A stretch of DNA of 64,000 nucleotides from an uncultured Actinomycetota bacterium (GTDB lineage: Bacteria; Actinomycetota; Acidimicrobiia; Acidimicrobiales; SZUA-35), in contig CAVTAP010000016.1 in the NCBI GenBank assembly GCA_963732695.1, forward strand, positions 101,454-165,453. Direction: 5' to 3'. The position numbers were made by a program, and so were the translations under genes. The notes below the pieces were generated by a model. That model did no database searches, had not been told where the DNA came from, and was given only the letters and a program-made list of their open reading frames with translations. Positions 26,709-35,434 of this stretch are shown here, in pieces; positions within the stretch are counted from its first letter, which is position 1; each line of letters begins with the position of its first letter.

Positions 26709-27916
26709 ACCCGCCCGGGGTGCTGTTCGTCGACGACGACGAGGGCGTGCTGGCCGGACTGCGAACCTCGCTGCGCAAGCTCCGGCGGGAATACACCTTC
26801 TCCTTCGCCCGGGGTGGGGCCGAGGCGTTGGCGGTGCTGGAGGCCGAGCCCGTCCAGGTGGTCGTGACCGACATGCGGATGCCGGGGATGAACGGGGTGG
26901 AGCTGCTGCGCCAGGTGAAGGCCGGCCATCCCGAGATCGTCCGCATCGTGCTGTCGGGCGAGGCCGACCAGTCGCTGGTGATGCAAGCCATTCCTGTCAC
27001 CCACCGGTGGCTGACCAAGCCCTGCCCCCACGAGTACCTGGTCGATGCCCTGGCCCAGGGTGTGCGCCACCGGAACCTCCTGGCCGATCCCGACATCCTG
27101 TGCGTGATCGGCGGCATCGATGCCCTGCCGGCCACACCGCCCCTGTACCGGGATCTGGTTCGCCTGCTCGACGATCCCCGCACCAGCGTGGTGAAGGTGG
27201 CCGAGGTGATCGGCGCCGACGCCGCCGTGAGCGCCAAGCTGCTCCAGTGGGCCAACTCGGCCTTTGCCGGGGGGAGCCGCGTGGTCGACATCCGTAGTGC
27301 CGTGGTCCGCCTCGGGCTCAACATGGTGTCCTACCTCGTGTTGCGGGCCGAGATGGTCTGCCTGCTCGACGAAGAGCACGCCGTGCCCGGCATGGGGCTC
27401 AACGAGCTGCGCCGCCACGAGCGCAGCATCGGACTGCTGGCCGCCAGTCTCGCCGCCCCCGGGGAGTCGCTGGCGGCGGGCACGGCGGCGGGGCTGGCCT
27501 CCACCGGCCTGCTGCTGGAGGCCGGGCACCTGCCCGACCGGCTCGAGGCCTCGTACCGGTTGGCCGAGGAGGAGGGGTTGACCATCACGGCGGCCGAGCG
27601 CCGCCTGTTCGGGGTGACCCACTGCGAGCTCGGCGGGCATCTGCTCTCGGTGTGGGGGCTGCCGTCGCAGCTGGTGCTGGCGGTGGAGGGCTCCTACGAC
27701 CTGCCGGCTCCCGCCACCGGGCCGTTGACGGCGCCCGAGGCGGTGCGGGCGGCCCGGCTGGCTGTCCAGCGGCTGCCGTTCTATTCGTCGGTGGGGCCGC
27801 CCCACAAGGATCCGGTTGGCCCGCCACTGGAGCGCGCCGTGGAGCAGTGGTTGGGTGCCGCCGCCCTGACCGAGCGCCAGGCCGATCAGGACACGCTCCA
27901 GGAGGTCACGAGATGA
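26705..27916 (+). CDS. Response regulator: receiver domain + HDOD domain
   Basis: The GTG start overlaps the kinase stop (GTGA). REC reads VLFVDDDE...[13 protein letters not shown]...TKP. HDOD reads [47 protein letters not shown]. Confidence 0.85.
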   Translation: MNPPGVLFVDDDEGVLAGLRTSLRKLRREYTFSFARGGAEALAVLEAEPVQVVVTDMRMPGMNGVELLRQVKAGHPEIVRIVLSGEADQSLVMQAIPVTHRWLTKPCPHEYLVDALAQGVRHRNLLADPDILCVIGGIDALPATPPLYRDLVRLLDDPRTSVVKVAEVIGADAAVSAKLLQWANSAFAGGSRVVDIRSAVVRLGLNMVSYLVLRAEMVCLLDEEHAVPGMGLNELRRHERSIGLLAASLAAPGESLAAGTAAGLASTGLLLEAGHLPDRLEASYRLAEEEGLTITAAERRLFGVTHCELGGHLLSVWGLPSQLVLAVEGSYDLPAPATGPLTAPEAVRAARLAVQRLPFYSSVGPPHKDPVGPPLERAVEQWLGAAALTERQADQDTLQEVTR

Positions 27917-29097
27917 CTGATGACGGGACGTCTCGGTTGCCCCGGTTGCTGTGTGTCGACGACGAGCCGGAGCTGCTGGCCAGCCTGAAGCTCAACCTGC
28001 GCAAGCGGTTCCAGGTGACGGTGGCCGAGTCGGGGCCGGCGGCCCTCGCCCTGTTCGCCGGGGCCCGGGACGGGAACCCGCCGTTCGATGTGGTGGTGTC
28101 GGACATGCGGATGCCGCGGATGTCGGGGGCCGAGCTGCTGGCCGAGCTGCGCCGACGGTTCCCCGACATGCCCCGACTGCTCCTGTCGGGCCAGGCCGAT
28201 CTCGACTCCACGATTTCGGCCATCAACGAGGCCCGGATCGCCCGGTTCCTGACCAAGCCCTGCGCCACCGACCACCTGATCGAGGCCATCGACGACGCCC
28301 TGGAGGTGGCCCGGCTGGCCCGGGCCGAGCGGGAACTGCTCGACCAGACGCTCAACGGCACCGTGGGGTTGCTGACCGAGGTGCTGGGTCTGATCAGCGT
28401 GGCCGCCTACGGGCGGACCCAGCGGGTGGAGACGCTGGTGACCCACCTGTCGGCGGCAGTGGGGCGGCCGGTGCCGTGGGACCTGGCGCTGGCGGCCAAG
28501 CTGTCCCAGCTCGGGTACGTCGTGGTGCACGACGAGCTGGAAGGGGGTGCCGGGGCCCATGCGGCCGAGGTGGCGGCCGGGCTCCTGGCCAACATTCCCC
28601 GGATGGGCCCGGTGGCCTGGATCGTCGGCCATCAGCACGACCCGGGCCCGGTGGGCGAGGGTGAGGATGTACCGCACTGGCCCAAGCGGGCGGTGAGCGC
28701 CGAGATCCTGCGGCTGGCGGTGGCGTTCGACGGGTTCACGTCGGCCGGGGCCTCGCCCCGCGACGCCCACGGGCTGATCGCCGAGTCGTCCACTCCCCCG
28801 CCCCGGATGCTGCTCGATGCTCTGTCGGCCCTGCACCTCGACGCCCTGGCTCTGGTGGAGGCGTCGGTGACCGTGCGCCAGCTGGCACCGGGAATGCATC
28901 TGGTGCAGGACGTGGTGGCCGCCAGCGGGCTCAAGCTGGCGGCGGCCGGGACCGTGCTCAACGGGGCCATGATCGGGCGGATCCGGTCGTTCACGGAGCG
29001 GGTGGGTGTACCCGAGCCGATCGAGGTCCGGGTGCCCGAGACCCGGATGCACCAGCTCGATGCTTCCGCCGCCGTGGCTGTCAGCCCGACGCGATAG
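27913..29097 (+). CDS. Response regulator: receiver domain + degenerate HD-GYP-like output domain
   Basis: The ATG overlaps the upstream stop (ATGA). REC reads LLCVDDEPE...[12 protein letters not shown]...TKP. The output region aligns to HD-GYP architecture, but the expected H...HD residues read ...YGRTQRV... and ...LSQLGY... Confidence 0.7.
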   Translation: MTDDGTSRLPRLLCVDDEPELLASLKLNLRKRFQVTVAESGPAALALFAGARDGNPPFDVVVSDMRMPRMSGAELLAELRRRFPDMPRLLLSGQADLDSTISAINEARIARFLTKPCATDHLIEAIDDALEVARLARAERELLDQTLNGTVGLLTEVLGLISVAAYGRTQRVETLVTHLSAAVGRPVPWDLALAAKLSQLGYVVVHDELEGGAGAHAAEVAAGLLANIPRMGPVAWIVGHQHDPGPVGEGEDVPHWPKRAVSAEILRLAVAFDGFTSAGASPRDAHGLIAESSTPPPRMLLDALSALHLDALALVEASVTVRQLAPGMHLVQDVVAASGLKLAAAGTVLNGAMIGRIRSFTERVGVPEPIEVRVPETRMHQLDASAAVAVSPTR

Positions 29098-29111
29098 CGC
29101 GACGGGGCGGC

Positions 29112-29594
29112 TCAGATCCTGGTGTCGGTGGTGCGGAGCGTGGTGAGGGCGTAGACGGCGGTGACGTCGTCCTGGAGCATGCGCATGGCCACGAGGGAGG
29201 TGCGGCCCCGCTGGTTGACCACCTCCGCCTCCATCACGAAGCGGGGGCCGACGAGGGGCTCGAAATAGTCGATCCGCATGTTGATGGTGACGATGAAGTG
29301 GCGGGGCAGGCTGGGATCGGTGCGGTCTTCGCCGGCCCGGATGGCATGGAGCGACACGAAGTCGACGTAGGTGCCGGTGTAGCCGCCGAAGAGCATGCCC
29401 TGGGGGTTGCACAGGTGAGGAGGGAGGTGAGCGTCGATGCGGAGGAGGCCGGGGCGGTCCTCCAGCAGGGTCCAGTCGTAGGCCTCCAGATGGTCGGCCA
29501 CAGCGAAGCCCCGGTTGACCAGATGCCCTGGCGCCACCGGCTCCCATGGGGGCAGGCCCGGCACCGTCCCGCTGCCTTCCGTCGCCAACTCCAC
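29112..29594 (-). CDS. Hotdog-fold thioesterase (PaaI-like)
   Basis: 160 aa. The segment ...HLCNPQGMLFGGYTGTYVDFVS... is typical of PaaI/YbgC-type 4HBT thioesterases. Confidence 0.75.
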   Translation of the reverse strand: MELATEGSGTVPGLPPWEPVAPGHLVNRGFAVADHLEAYDWTLLEDRPGLLRIDAHLPPHLCNPQGMLFGGYTGTYVDFVSLHAIRAGEDRTDPSLPRHFIVTINMRIDYFEPLVGPRFVMEAEVVNQRGRTSLVAMRMLQDDVTAVYALTTLRTTDTRI

Positions 29595-29643
29595 CTCAGC
29601 CTCTCCTCCGTGGCGCTAACCTGATCGCCGAGACAAGCTAGCT

Positions 29644-29715
29644 GCGGGCGTAGTTCAAAGGCTAGAACCTCAGCCTTCCAAGCTGATGATGAGGGTTCGA
29701 TTCCCTTCGCCCGCT
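29644..29715 (+). tRNA. tRNA-Gly (anticodon TCC)
   Basis: Hand-folded cloverleaf: acceptor GCGGGCG/CGCCCGC, D stem GTTC/GAAC, anticodon stem TCAGC/GCTGA with loop CTTCCAA, T arm GAGGG-TTCGATT-CCCTT, discriminator T. Confidence 0.9.
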
Positions 29716-30044
29716 CGCACGTTTCTCCTGGTAGCAGCGTTGCATGGCAGATTTCTGCCTGGCTGAAGGCCGTTTCGTGCCTAGAACCAGCCTAGATCGG
29801 GCCTTGATTCTGGGGCACTACGGGCAACAACGGGCAGCACGGGTGGCCGAACACCATCAGCTTGAGTTTCTGATGGCGCTGACAAACGAGATGGCCGCTG
29901 AGGTGGCCGATTCTCATAGCCGGTCCGCCGTCGAGCCGTCGGTACCCAGAGGTCGCGGCCTACGCTGCGGGCTCGCCGGCGGCCGACCAGGGAACCGTTC
30001 GCCTTACAGCTCCATGGCGGCCCGATCATCGGTATACTGTCGGT

Positions 30045-30278
30045 ATGAAGCAGACCACGATCAAGCTGACGACCGAGACGCGAGATCGACTCCGCGATCT
30101 CGGCGGCGACACGTACGAGGACACGATCATCGAAGCCCTCGACCTTCTCGAAGAACGGGAGTTCTGGGCGCAGGCCGATCGGGCTGCGGCGTGGCGTGCC
30201 TCGCTCCCGGCCAACGAACGGGCCGAGATCGAGCACCGCGAAGCGGCGCTCGACGCGATGCTACACGGCTTACAGTGA
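30045..30278 (+). CDS. Antitoxin-like small protein (RHH-like N-terminus), copy 1
   Basis: 77 aa, MKQTTIKLTTETRDRLRDLGGDTYEDTIIEALDLLEE... It overlaps the downstream toxin-like ORF (GTGA). A paralog lies at 40480..40713. Confidence 0.65.
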   Translation: MKQTTIKLTTETRDRLRDLGGDTYEDTIIEALDLLEEREFWAQADRAAAWRASLPANERAEIEHREAALDAMLHGLQ

Positions 30279-30568
30279 CGCACTCCGGAGACGTTTTCCT
30301 CGCCGACGCCGGTCAGGAACAACGCATCCAGATCGTGGTGCTCACCAACAGTGAGTTCAACCGTCGCGCCGGTCGAGTGGTCGTCGCTCCACGCTTGGAC
30401 GGTCCTCCAGATGCAATCGCCAGCCCCTGGCGTGTACTCGACGGCGACAGTGTCTATGCCATCGATTTCATGCTGAGCCTGGATACGACTCGGCTGCTCG
30501 AGCTCGACGGTCACGTGTCAGAAGCCGCACTACGACGGATACGCCTCGTCATGCGTCGAATCACGTGA
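30275..30568 (+). CDS. MazF/PemK-like toxin, copy 1
   Basis: 97 aa from GTG: VTHSGDVFLADAGQEQRIQIVVLTNSEFNRRAGRVVVAPRL...YAIDFMLSLDTTRLLELDGHVSEAAL. The pattern resembles the MazF/CcdB-fold toxins (GD-V/I-[FW]-x-xD ... VV[LV][ST] ... V-V-P-L ... LD..RL). Confidence 0.6.
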   Translation: MTHSGDVFLADAGQEQRIQIVVLTNSEFNRRAGRVVVAPRLDGPPDAIASPWRVLDGDSVYAIDFMLSLDTTRLLELDGHVSEAALRRIRLVMRRIT

Positions 30569-30985
30569 CAGGCCGCGGCCACGACCCGGTATCCCTCTGA
30601 CCTACGGCAAGCCGGCACCGGTGGATCGCGAGCGGCCGGTCCAAGCGAGCAGCCTGTGCTCTGACCGCCGGCGGGACCGGTGTCACCGCGCCGCGTCGAG
30701 GATCCGGTAGGTGTAGCCCGGTTCGGAAAGGAAGCGTTGGCGGTGCCGGCGAAGCGGGCGACATCGGTGCCTGCGGCGACGATGGCGTAGAAGTAGGCGG
30801 CCCTCCCATCGGCCTTGGCCCGGAGGATCCTGCACGTTCCGCGATCCGTGCCTGCAACGGGCCTTGAACATCGGGGCGAAAGGGGCGCCAGAGGGCACTC
30901 CCAGCCAACGATACCTCCCGTCGATGCGGCCGCTGACCTGCGGAAACGCCGGTCCCAAGACAGCGGGACGATCCGTCCGCGTACT

Positions 30986-31029
30986 CCTTCCAAGCTGATG
31001 ATGAGGGTTCGATTCCCTTCGCCCGCTCG
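30986..31029 (+). repeat. Exact 44-bp direct copy of the 3' part of tRNA-Gly (att-like repeat 2)
   Basis: ccttccaagctgatgatgagggttcgattcccttcgcccgctcg is identical to 29674-29717, which runs from the anticodon loop to 2 nt past the tRNA end. Confidence 0.9.
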
Positions 31030-31222
31030 TCTGACCAGGTGAAACGTGTCCACTCGGTTCTGATCTTCAGGCGGATCAGGGCGTCGTGCCCCAACCGTGC
31101 CCCAAGGGCCCTGGGAGGCGACCCCTACCTGCGTCGATCGACATCGGCATTCCCCTCGGCGGGGCCAACTTCCAGTCGGGCCGGCAGCACATCGGTTGTA
31201 GCTGCGGGCAGCACCGGAGTAT

Positions 31223-32599
31223 GAGTCCCCTGGCGTGGTGGGAATCGGGTCCACCACGAGGTGAGCCACCGGCGTGATGCTCGGTGTGTACCGACCAAAG
31301 TGCACACCTAGGAGAACACGCCGATGGCTCTTGATGAGTCTGCCGTATCCGCTCTGCTCGACGCGCTCCGCGCCGGGGAGGGCACTGATCTTGTCCGCGA
31401 GTTGGCCCAGTGGGCCCTGCAGCAACTGATCGACCTGGAGGCTGCTGAGAAGATCGGCGCTGAGCGGTGGGAGCGGAGCCCGGAGCGGGTCACGCACCGC
31501 AACGGGACCCGCCCGAAGGTCCTGTCGACCAAGGCCGGGGACCTGGCGTTGGCGATCCCGAAGCTGCGCAAGGGCTCGTTCTTCCCGGAGCTCCTCGAGC
31601 CCCGCCGTCGGATCGACCAGGCCCTCTACGCCGTGGTGATGGAGGCCTACGTCAACGGGGTGTCGACCCGGTCGGTCGATGACCTGGTCGCCGCCATGGG
31701 GGTCGATACTGGGATCTCCAAGTCCGAGGTGAGCAGGATCTGCGCCCGTCTCGACGAACGCGTGACAGCGTTCCGCAACCGGACCCTGGGCCATGTCGTG
31801 TTCCCGTACGTGTACTTGGACGCGACCTACGTCAACGTCCGAGACGACGCCCTGGGCCAGGTCGTGTCCCGGGCCGTGGTGATCGCCACCGGCATCACCG
31901 CCAACGGCGACCGGGAGGTGTTGGGTGTCGACATTGGCGACTCCGAAGACGAGACGTTCTGGACCCGGTTCCTGCGGTCGCTACGCGACCGGGGCCTGGG
32001 CGGGGTCCGCCTCGTCATCTCCGACGCCCACGCCGGGCTCAAAGCATCGATCCGCAAGTGCTTCACTGGGTCGTCGTGGCAACGCTGCCGGGTCCACTTC
32101 GCCCGGAACCTGCTCGCCACCATCCCCAAGGCCCACAGCGAGTTCGTCGCTGCTGCGTTCCGGTCGATCTTCGCCCTCGGCACCCCAACCGAGGTCTCAA
32201 CCCGGTGGGACGAGGTCGAAGCCACCCTCGCCGAACGGTTCCCCAAGGCCGCAGCCCTGATGCGCGACGCCAAGACCGACGTGCTCGCCTTCACCGCGTT
32301 CCCGAGGGCCCACTGGCGCAAGATCTGGTCCAACAACCCGCTCGAACGCCTCAACAAGGAGGTCAAGCGGCGCTCCAACGTCGTCGGCATCTTCCCCAAC
32401 GACGCCGCCGCCATCCGCCTCATCGGAGCCGTCCTCGCCGACCAACACGACGAATGGGCCATCGCCCGCCGCTACCTCTCCGACACCTCCATGGCCGAAC
32501 TCAACGAACCGTGCGACACTAACCCCGACCAGCCAGCAATCGCCGGCTGAACACATCGAGCATCACACCTCGAATCCCACCACTCCACGGGCCTCTGTC
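31223..32599 (+). mobile_element. IS256-family insertion sequence
   Basis: Imperfect terminal inverted repeats: left gagtcccctggcgtggtgggaatcg, right reverse-complement gaggcccgtggagtggtgggattcg. It is flanked by the direct repeats gcaccggagtat (31211-31222) and gcaccggactat (32600-32611). Confidence 0.8.
31324..32550 (+). CDS. IS256-family (Mutator-type) transposase
   Basis: 408 aa, apparently intact. Family-typical segments include ...LIDLEAAEKIGAERWERSPERVTHRNGTRPKVLSTKAGDLALAIPKLRKGSFFPELLEPRRR..., ...VISDAHAGLK... and ...NPLERLNKEVKRR. Confidence 0.95.
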   Translation: MALDESAVSALLDALRAGEGTDLVRELAQWALQQLIDLEAAEKIGAERWERSPERVTHRNGTRPKVLSTKAGDLALAIPKLRKGSFFPELLEPRRRIDQALYAVVMEAYVNGVSTRSVDDLVAAMGVDTGISKSEVSRICARLDERVTAFRNRTLGHVVFPYVYLDATYVNVRDDALGQVVSRAVVIATGITANGDREVLGVDIGDSEDETFWTRFLRSLRDRGLGGVRLVISDAHAGLKASIRKCFTGSSWQRCRVHFARNLLATIPKAHSEFVAAAFRSIFALGTPTEVSTRWDEVEATLAERFPKAAALMRDAKTDVLAFTAFPRAHWRKIWSNNPLERLNKEVKRRSNVVGIFPNDAAAIRLIGAVLADQHDEWAIARRYLSDTSMAELNEPCDTNPDQPAIAG

Positions 32600-32642
32600 G
32601 CACCGGACTATCCTTACAGGTAGATCAAAGTAAGGAGTGACA

Positions 32643-32891
32643 ATGGAGATCGCTGCGAAACTCAGCTCGAAAGGACAACTCACCGTCCCGAAGGCAGTGC
32701 GCGACGCCCTTGGCCTCGCCGAGGGGGACGACGTCGTGTTCCGGGTGGAAGGCAGACGCGCCGTGCTTGCACGTACTACGGATTTCCTTTCATTGGCAGG
32801 AACGATCACGGTCCCTGCGAATCGTCGCAACGTCGCCTGGGATGACGTACTGCGACGGACTCGCACCACCAGGTCCAAGGACCGCCATTGA
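32643..32891 (+). CDS. vapB: AbrB/SpoVT-type antitoxin VapB
   Basis: MEIAAKLSSKGQLTVPKAVRDALGLAEGDDVVF is a SpoVT/AbrB swapped-hairpin motif. AAGGAG lies 5 nt upstream of the ATG. It overlaps vapC by 4 nt. Confidence 0.8.
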   Translation: MEIAAKLSSKGQLTVPKAVRDALGLAEGDDVVFRVEGRRAVLARTTDFLSLAGTITVPANRRNVAWDDVLRRTRTTRSKDRH

Positions 32892-33280
32892 GAGCCTTCG
32901 TCGACACGAACATTCTCGTCCGTCACCTCACAGGCGATCCACCCGACATGGCTCGCCGAGCGACCGAGTTTCTCGGCCGCGCCAACGAACTTCTTCTCGC
33001 CGATCTCGCGTTGGCCGAAACGATCTATGTGCTCGAGTCGTTCTACAAGGCGCCGAGAGCACAAGTCGCTGACGCTATGCGCTCACTGATAGCGATGGAG
33101 ACCATCGTGACCGTTGACCCAGCGCTGCTGCTTCGAGCAATCGAGGTGTTCGAGACCGACAGGATCGACTTCGCCGAGGCCTACCTCGTGGCCAACGCGG
33201 AAAGCAGCGGTGTCAACGCCATCGTCTCGTTCGACAAATCCATCGACCGGGTGACGACCATTCAGCGAATCGAGCCGTGA
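32888..33280 (+). CDS. vapC: PIN-domain toxin VapC
   Basis: 130 aa. MRAFVDTNILVRHL carries the first PIN acidic residue context, and ...DRIDFAEAYLVA..., ...SFDK... follow. Confidence 0.9.
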   Translation: MRAFVDTNILVRHLTGDPPDMARRATEFLGRANELLLADLALAETIYVLESFYKAPRAQVADAMRSLIAMETIVTVDPALLLRAIEVFETDRIDFAEAYLVANAESSGVNAIVSFDKSIDRVTTIQRIEP

Positions 33281-33452
33281 ACGTTTCCCGACGACGACCA
33301 CCCACCTCTCGCTGGACACGGCCGAGCCTGGCCGGGCGACCTGCTCGGATGCCGACGATCCCGGATGCCATAGGCGGTCGGAAATGTCATCAGCAGCGAG
33401 CCGGCGCGGGCTCCCTGGGTGTGGCCTCCGCCGGACCCGACTTGCGGTGTTC

Positions 33453-33466
33453 TCTATCTAGATAGA
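33453..33466. promoter_or_regulatory. Perfect 14-bp palindrome TCTATCTAGATAGA 10 nt upstream of padR (candidate operator)
   Basis: Seen directly in the sequence. It is an AT-rich palindrome in the padR 5' region. Confidence 0.5.
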
Positions 33467-33476
33467 TAATGAATCC

Positions 33477-33809
33477 ATGAGGCGAGCTCGCAAACCCACA
33501 CCGCAGACGATCGCGGTCTTGCTCGCGCTGGACCCATCTCAGTGGAGCCACGGCTATCGTCTGTGCCGGCAACTGGGCCTCAAGGCCGGCACGGTCTACC
33601 CGATCCTGATGCGCCTCGCGGAGCGGGGCCACGTCGAAACCTCGTGGGAGAATGACCCACCCTCCGGCCGCCCTGCACGCCACCTGTACCGGTTGTCGGG
33701 AGCGGGAGCCCGTTTGGCGGACGAGTTGCGAGCGGCGTCCGAGGCCGAGATCCCGCAGGTCCGTGGGGCGTCCGGCGCCATCCGGCCAACGTTCGGGGAG
33801 GCGTTCTGA
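33477..33809 (+). CDS. PadR-family transcriptional regulator
   Basis: 110 aa. ...LLALDPSQWSHGYRLCRQLGLKAGTVYPILMRLAERGHVETSWE...RHLYRLSGAG is a typical PadR winged helix. Confidence 0.9.
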   Translation: MRRARKPTPQTIAVLLALDPSQWSHGYRLCRQLGLKAGTVYPILMRLAERGHVETSWENDPPSGRPARHLYRLSGAGARLADELRAASEAEIPQVRGASGAIRPTFGEAF

Positions 33810-34624
33810 TGATCACCAGACGATCCGCCGTTTGGCTCGTCGGGACACTCCTCGTCGGCTCCGTATTCTCGCTCTTCATACCCCTCGTCGGCGGGGTCGC
33901 TTTCCTGCTCGCCGTGCCGCTTGCCGTCGTGGGACCGAGCCTGACCCGACAGCGACTGGCTGAACGCACCCAAGGTGATACGGCCGAGCGGCTCGTCGCG
34001 GCCGCCGTCACGCTCACCGGCACGCCGTCGCAACGAGACCACGCACAGGTGGACTGGGGTGCAGCGTTGACCGCCGAACTCACAACCATCACGGCCCCCA
34101 TGGAGCGGCGACGGTTCGCCCTCGGCGCGGCCGTCGCGCTGCTCGGCAGGCCACAATCACTCAAGTCGTTGCTCCTCGCAGCCGCCGTCGCTGTCCCGTT
34201 CGGGGCGGGCCTGCTGTGGGTCTCACGCGTCTTACTGGTGGACGGTGGACTTCTGTTGGCAACCTTTTTCGCTCCGATAGCGATGCTGTTCGCATTCGGC
34301 TTTCTGTGCGCCCGTTCCACCCGATCGCTGAGGTTTGGACTGGAGTCTGGTTTATTTGCCGCCCTCGGCACGCTCGCTGCGGTGGCGGTAGTCATCGGCG
34401 TGGAGGCAGCCCGCTGGCACGACATGGCTCCAGGCATCAGCGTTCTTGACGGTGACTACGTCGGCTTCGACTCGACCAGCGCAGCAGTCTGGGACGCGGT
34501 GCATCCGATCATCCTTCTCGTCCACCTCGCGTTCTGGGCGCCGTGGCCGGTCTTGGGCGCCGTCGCCGGAACACGCTCACAGGGACCGGTCAGTCCCCGA
34601 CCCCCAATCCCACGTAGCGGCTGA
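33809..34624 (+). CDS. Polytopic membrane protein co-transcribed with padR
   Basis: 271 aa with several hydrophobic helices. Its start overlaps the padR stop by 1 nt (TGATG). I recognise no family. Confidence 0.6.
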   Translation: MITRRSAVWLVGTLLVGSVFSLFIPLVGGVAFLLAVPLAVVGPSLTRQRLAERTQGDTAERLVAAAVTLTGTPSQRDHAQVDWGAALTAELTTITAPMERRRFALGAAVALLGRPQSLKSLLLAAAVAVPFGAGLLWVSRVLLVDGGLLLATFFAPIAMLFAFGFLCARSTRSLRFGLESGLFAALGTLAAVAVVIGVEAARWHDMAPGISVLDGDYVGFDSTSAAVWDAVHPIILLVHLAFWAPWPVLGAVAGTRSQGPVSPRPPIPRSG

Positions 34625-34875
34625 AGCCATTGAGGAGAGCGAGCCGAACATGGCCGGGTAACGACAAAGCCAGGTTGGACGACGCGACAGGGCTACCCCG
34701 AACCACCCCGACCGCCCACACCAGCTCCGCCCGAGCTTCGTTTGTCCACTCGCTCCGCCGCGCTCGGATCCCGAGCGCAAGAGTCGTGAGGAGATGCGGA
34801 TCGACGTGATCCGCCGGTTGCGGCGGCGGCGAACCCCTGGCGAACCTCTCGTCACAGATGAAACGGAGCCCGCCA

Positions 34876-35241
34876 ATGGCAACCACACTCACTCTCGCCC
34901 TGTCCGACGGCCGACAGACCCAGACCCAGGAGCTCTCAATCCCCGTCCTGCCCAGCTCGGTCGATATCTCGGGCACCGCCATGCCGACCGTCGACGACGT
35001 CGCCCGATTCGTCAAAGAGCAGCCTGACGCCGCCACCCAGCTGGTGATGGACTACAAGGCGGGTCGGATGGATGCGGTGCTGGCCCGGGCCAACGACCAC
35101 GGTCTCGTTGCGGCGCGATCCACCAGCGACCCACAGGCCGGAGCGGCGGCGGTAGTGATCCTGATCATCATTGCCATCATCATCATCCTGCTGTTCCCCA
35201 AGCCGGTGAAGGCCCCAACCAAGCCCCCAACGCAGAATTGA
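34876..35241 (+). CDS. Hypothetical tail-anchored membrane protein
   Basis: The ATG at 34876 is preceded by GGAG. The soluble domain is followed by the C-terminal helix AAAVVILIIIAIIIILLF and a Pro/Lys tail. I recognise no family. Confidence 0.4.
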   Translation: MATTLTLALSDGRQTQTQELSIPVLPSSVDISGTAMPTVDDVARFVKEQPDAATQLVMDYKAGRMDAVLARANDHGLVAARSTSDPQAGAAAVVILIIIAIIIILLFPKPVKAPTKPPTQN

Positions 35242-35434
35242 TCAGGCCGGGCGCCGGTGGGCACGCCCCCGGCGCCCGATCAGCAAGCAGCCAGCGGGAA
35301 TCACATGCGCTGACGAGCATTCCGAGGATGATCAGGCCAACAATATGGGGTAGAAGCTCATGGAATGAGCCCCCAATGCCTTGCAGCTTCGCTCGGTTCT
35401 TTGCTGGTCCCACCGATGTGAAGACATCATCCAT
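35183..35434 (-). CDS. Candidate anti-sigma factor (small single-pass membrane protein)
   Basis: 83 aa. Its ATG overlaps the stop of the ECF sigma gene by 8 nt (ATGGATGA). It has one hydrophobic helix, LLPHIVGLIILGMLVSA. The call rests on position only. Confidence 0.35.
   Translation of the reverse strand: MDDVFTSVGPAKNRAKLQGIGGSFHELLPHIVGLIILGMLVSACDSRWLLADRAPGACPPAPGLINSALGAWLGPSPAWGTAG

Noticed and set aside
26006-29547. 599-aa and 553-aa minus-strand ORFs
   Set aside because: They are antisense to the kinase and response-regulator genes, which have clear domain signatures. Their composition is off-frame-like.
30569-30985. Possible gene remnant between toxin 1 and att-like repeat 2
   Set aside because: Six-frame reading gave only short, frame-hopping fragments (for example ...GRAAYFYAIVAAGTDVARFAG...) with no recognisable family. 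It is left unannotated.
30511-31794. 427-aa minus-strand ORF and a 177-aa ORF spanning att-like repeat 2
   Set aside because: They cross the tRNA-fragment repeat (peptide ...KGIEPSSSAWK... is the antisense-tRNA signature) and the IS256 end. I looked here for an integrase remnant and found no recombinase motifs.
34590-35036. 148-aa minus-strand ORF between the PadR-associated membrane gene and the tail-anchored ORF
   Set aside because: It overlaps both better-supported plus-strand ORFs, and I recognise no motif or start context. It may contain a remnant, but this is not supportable.
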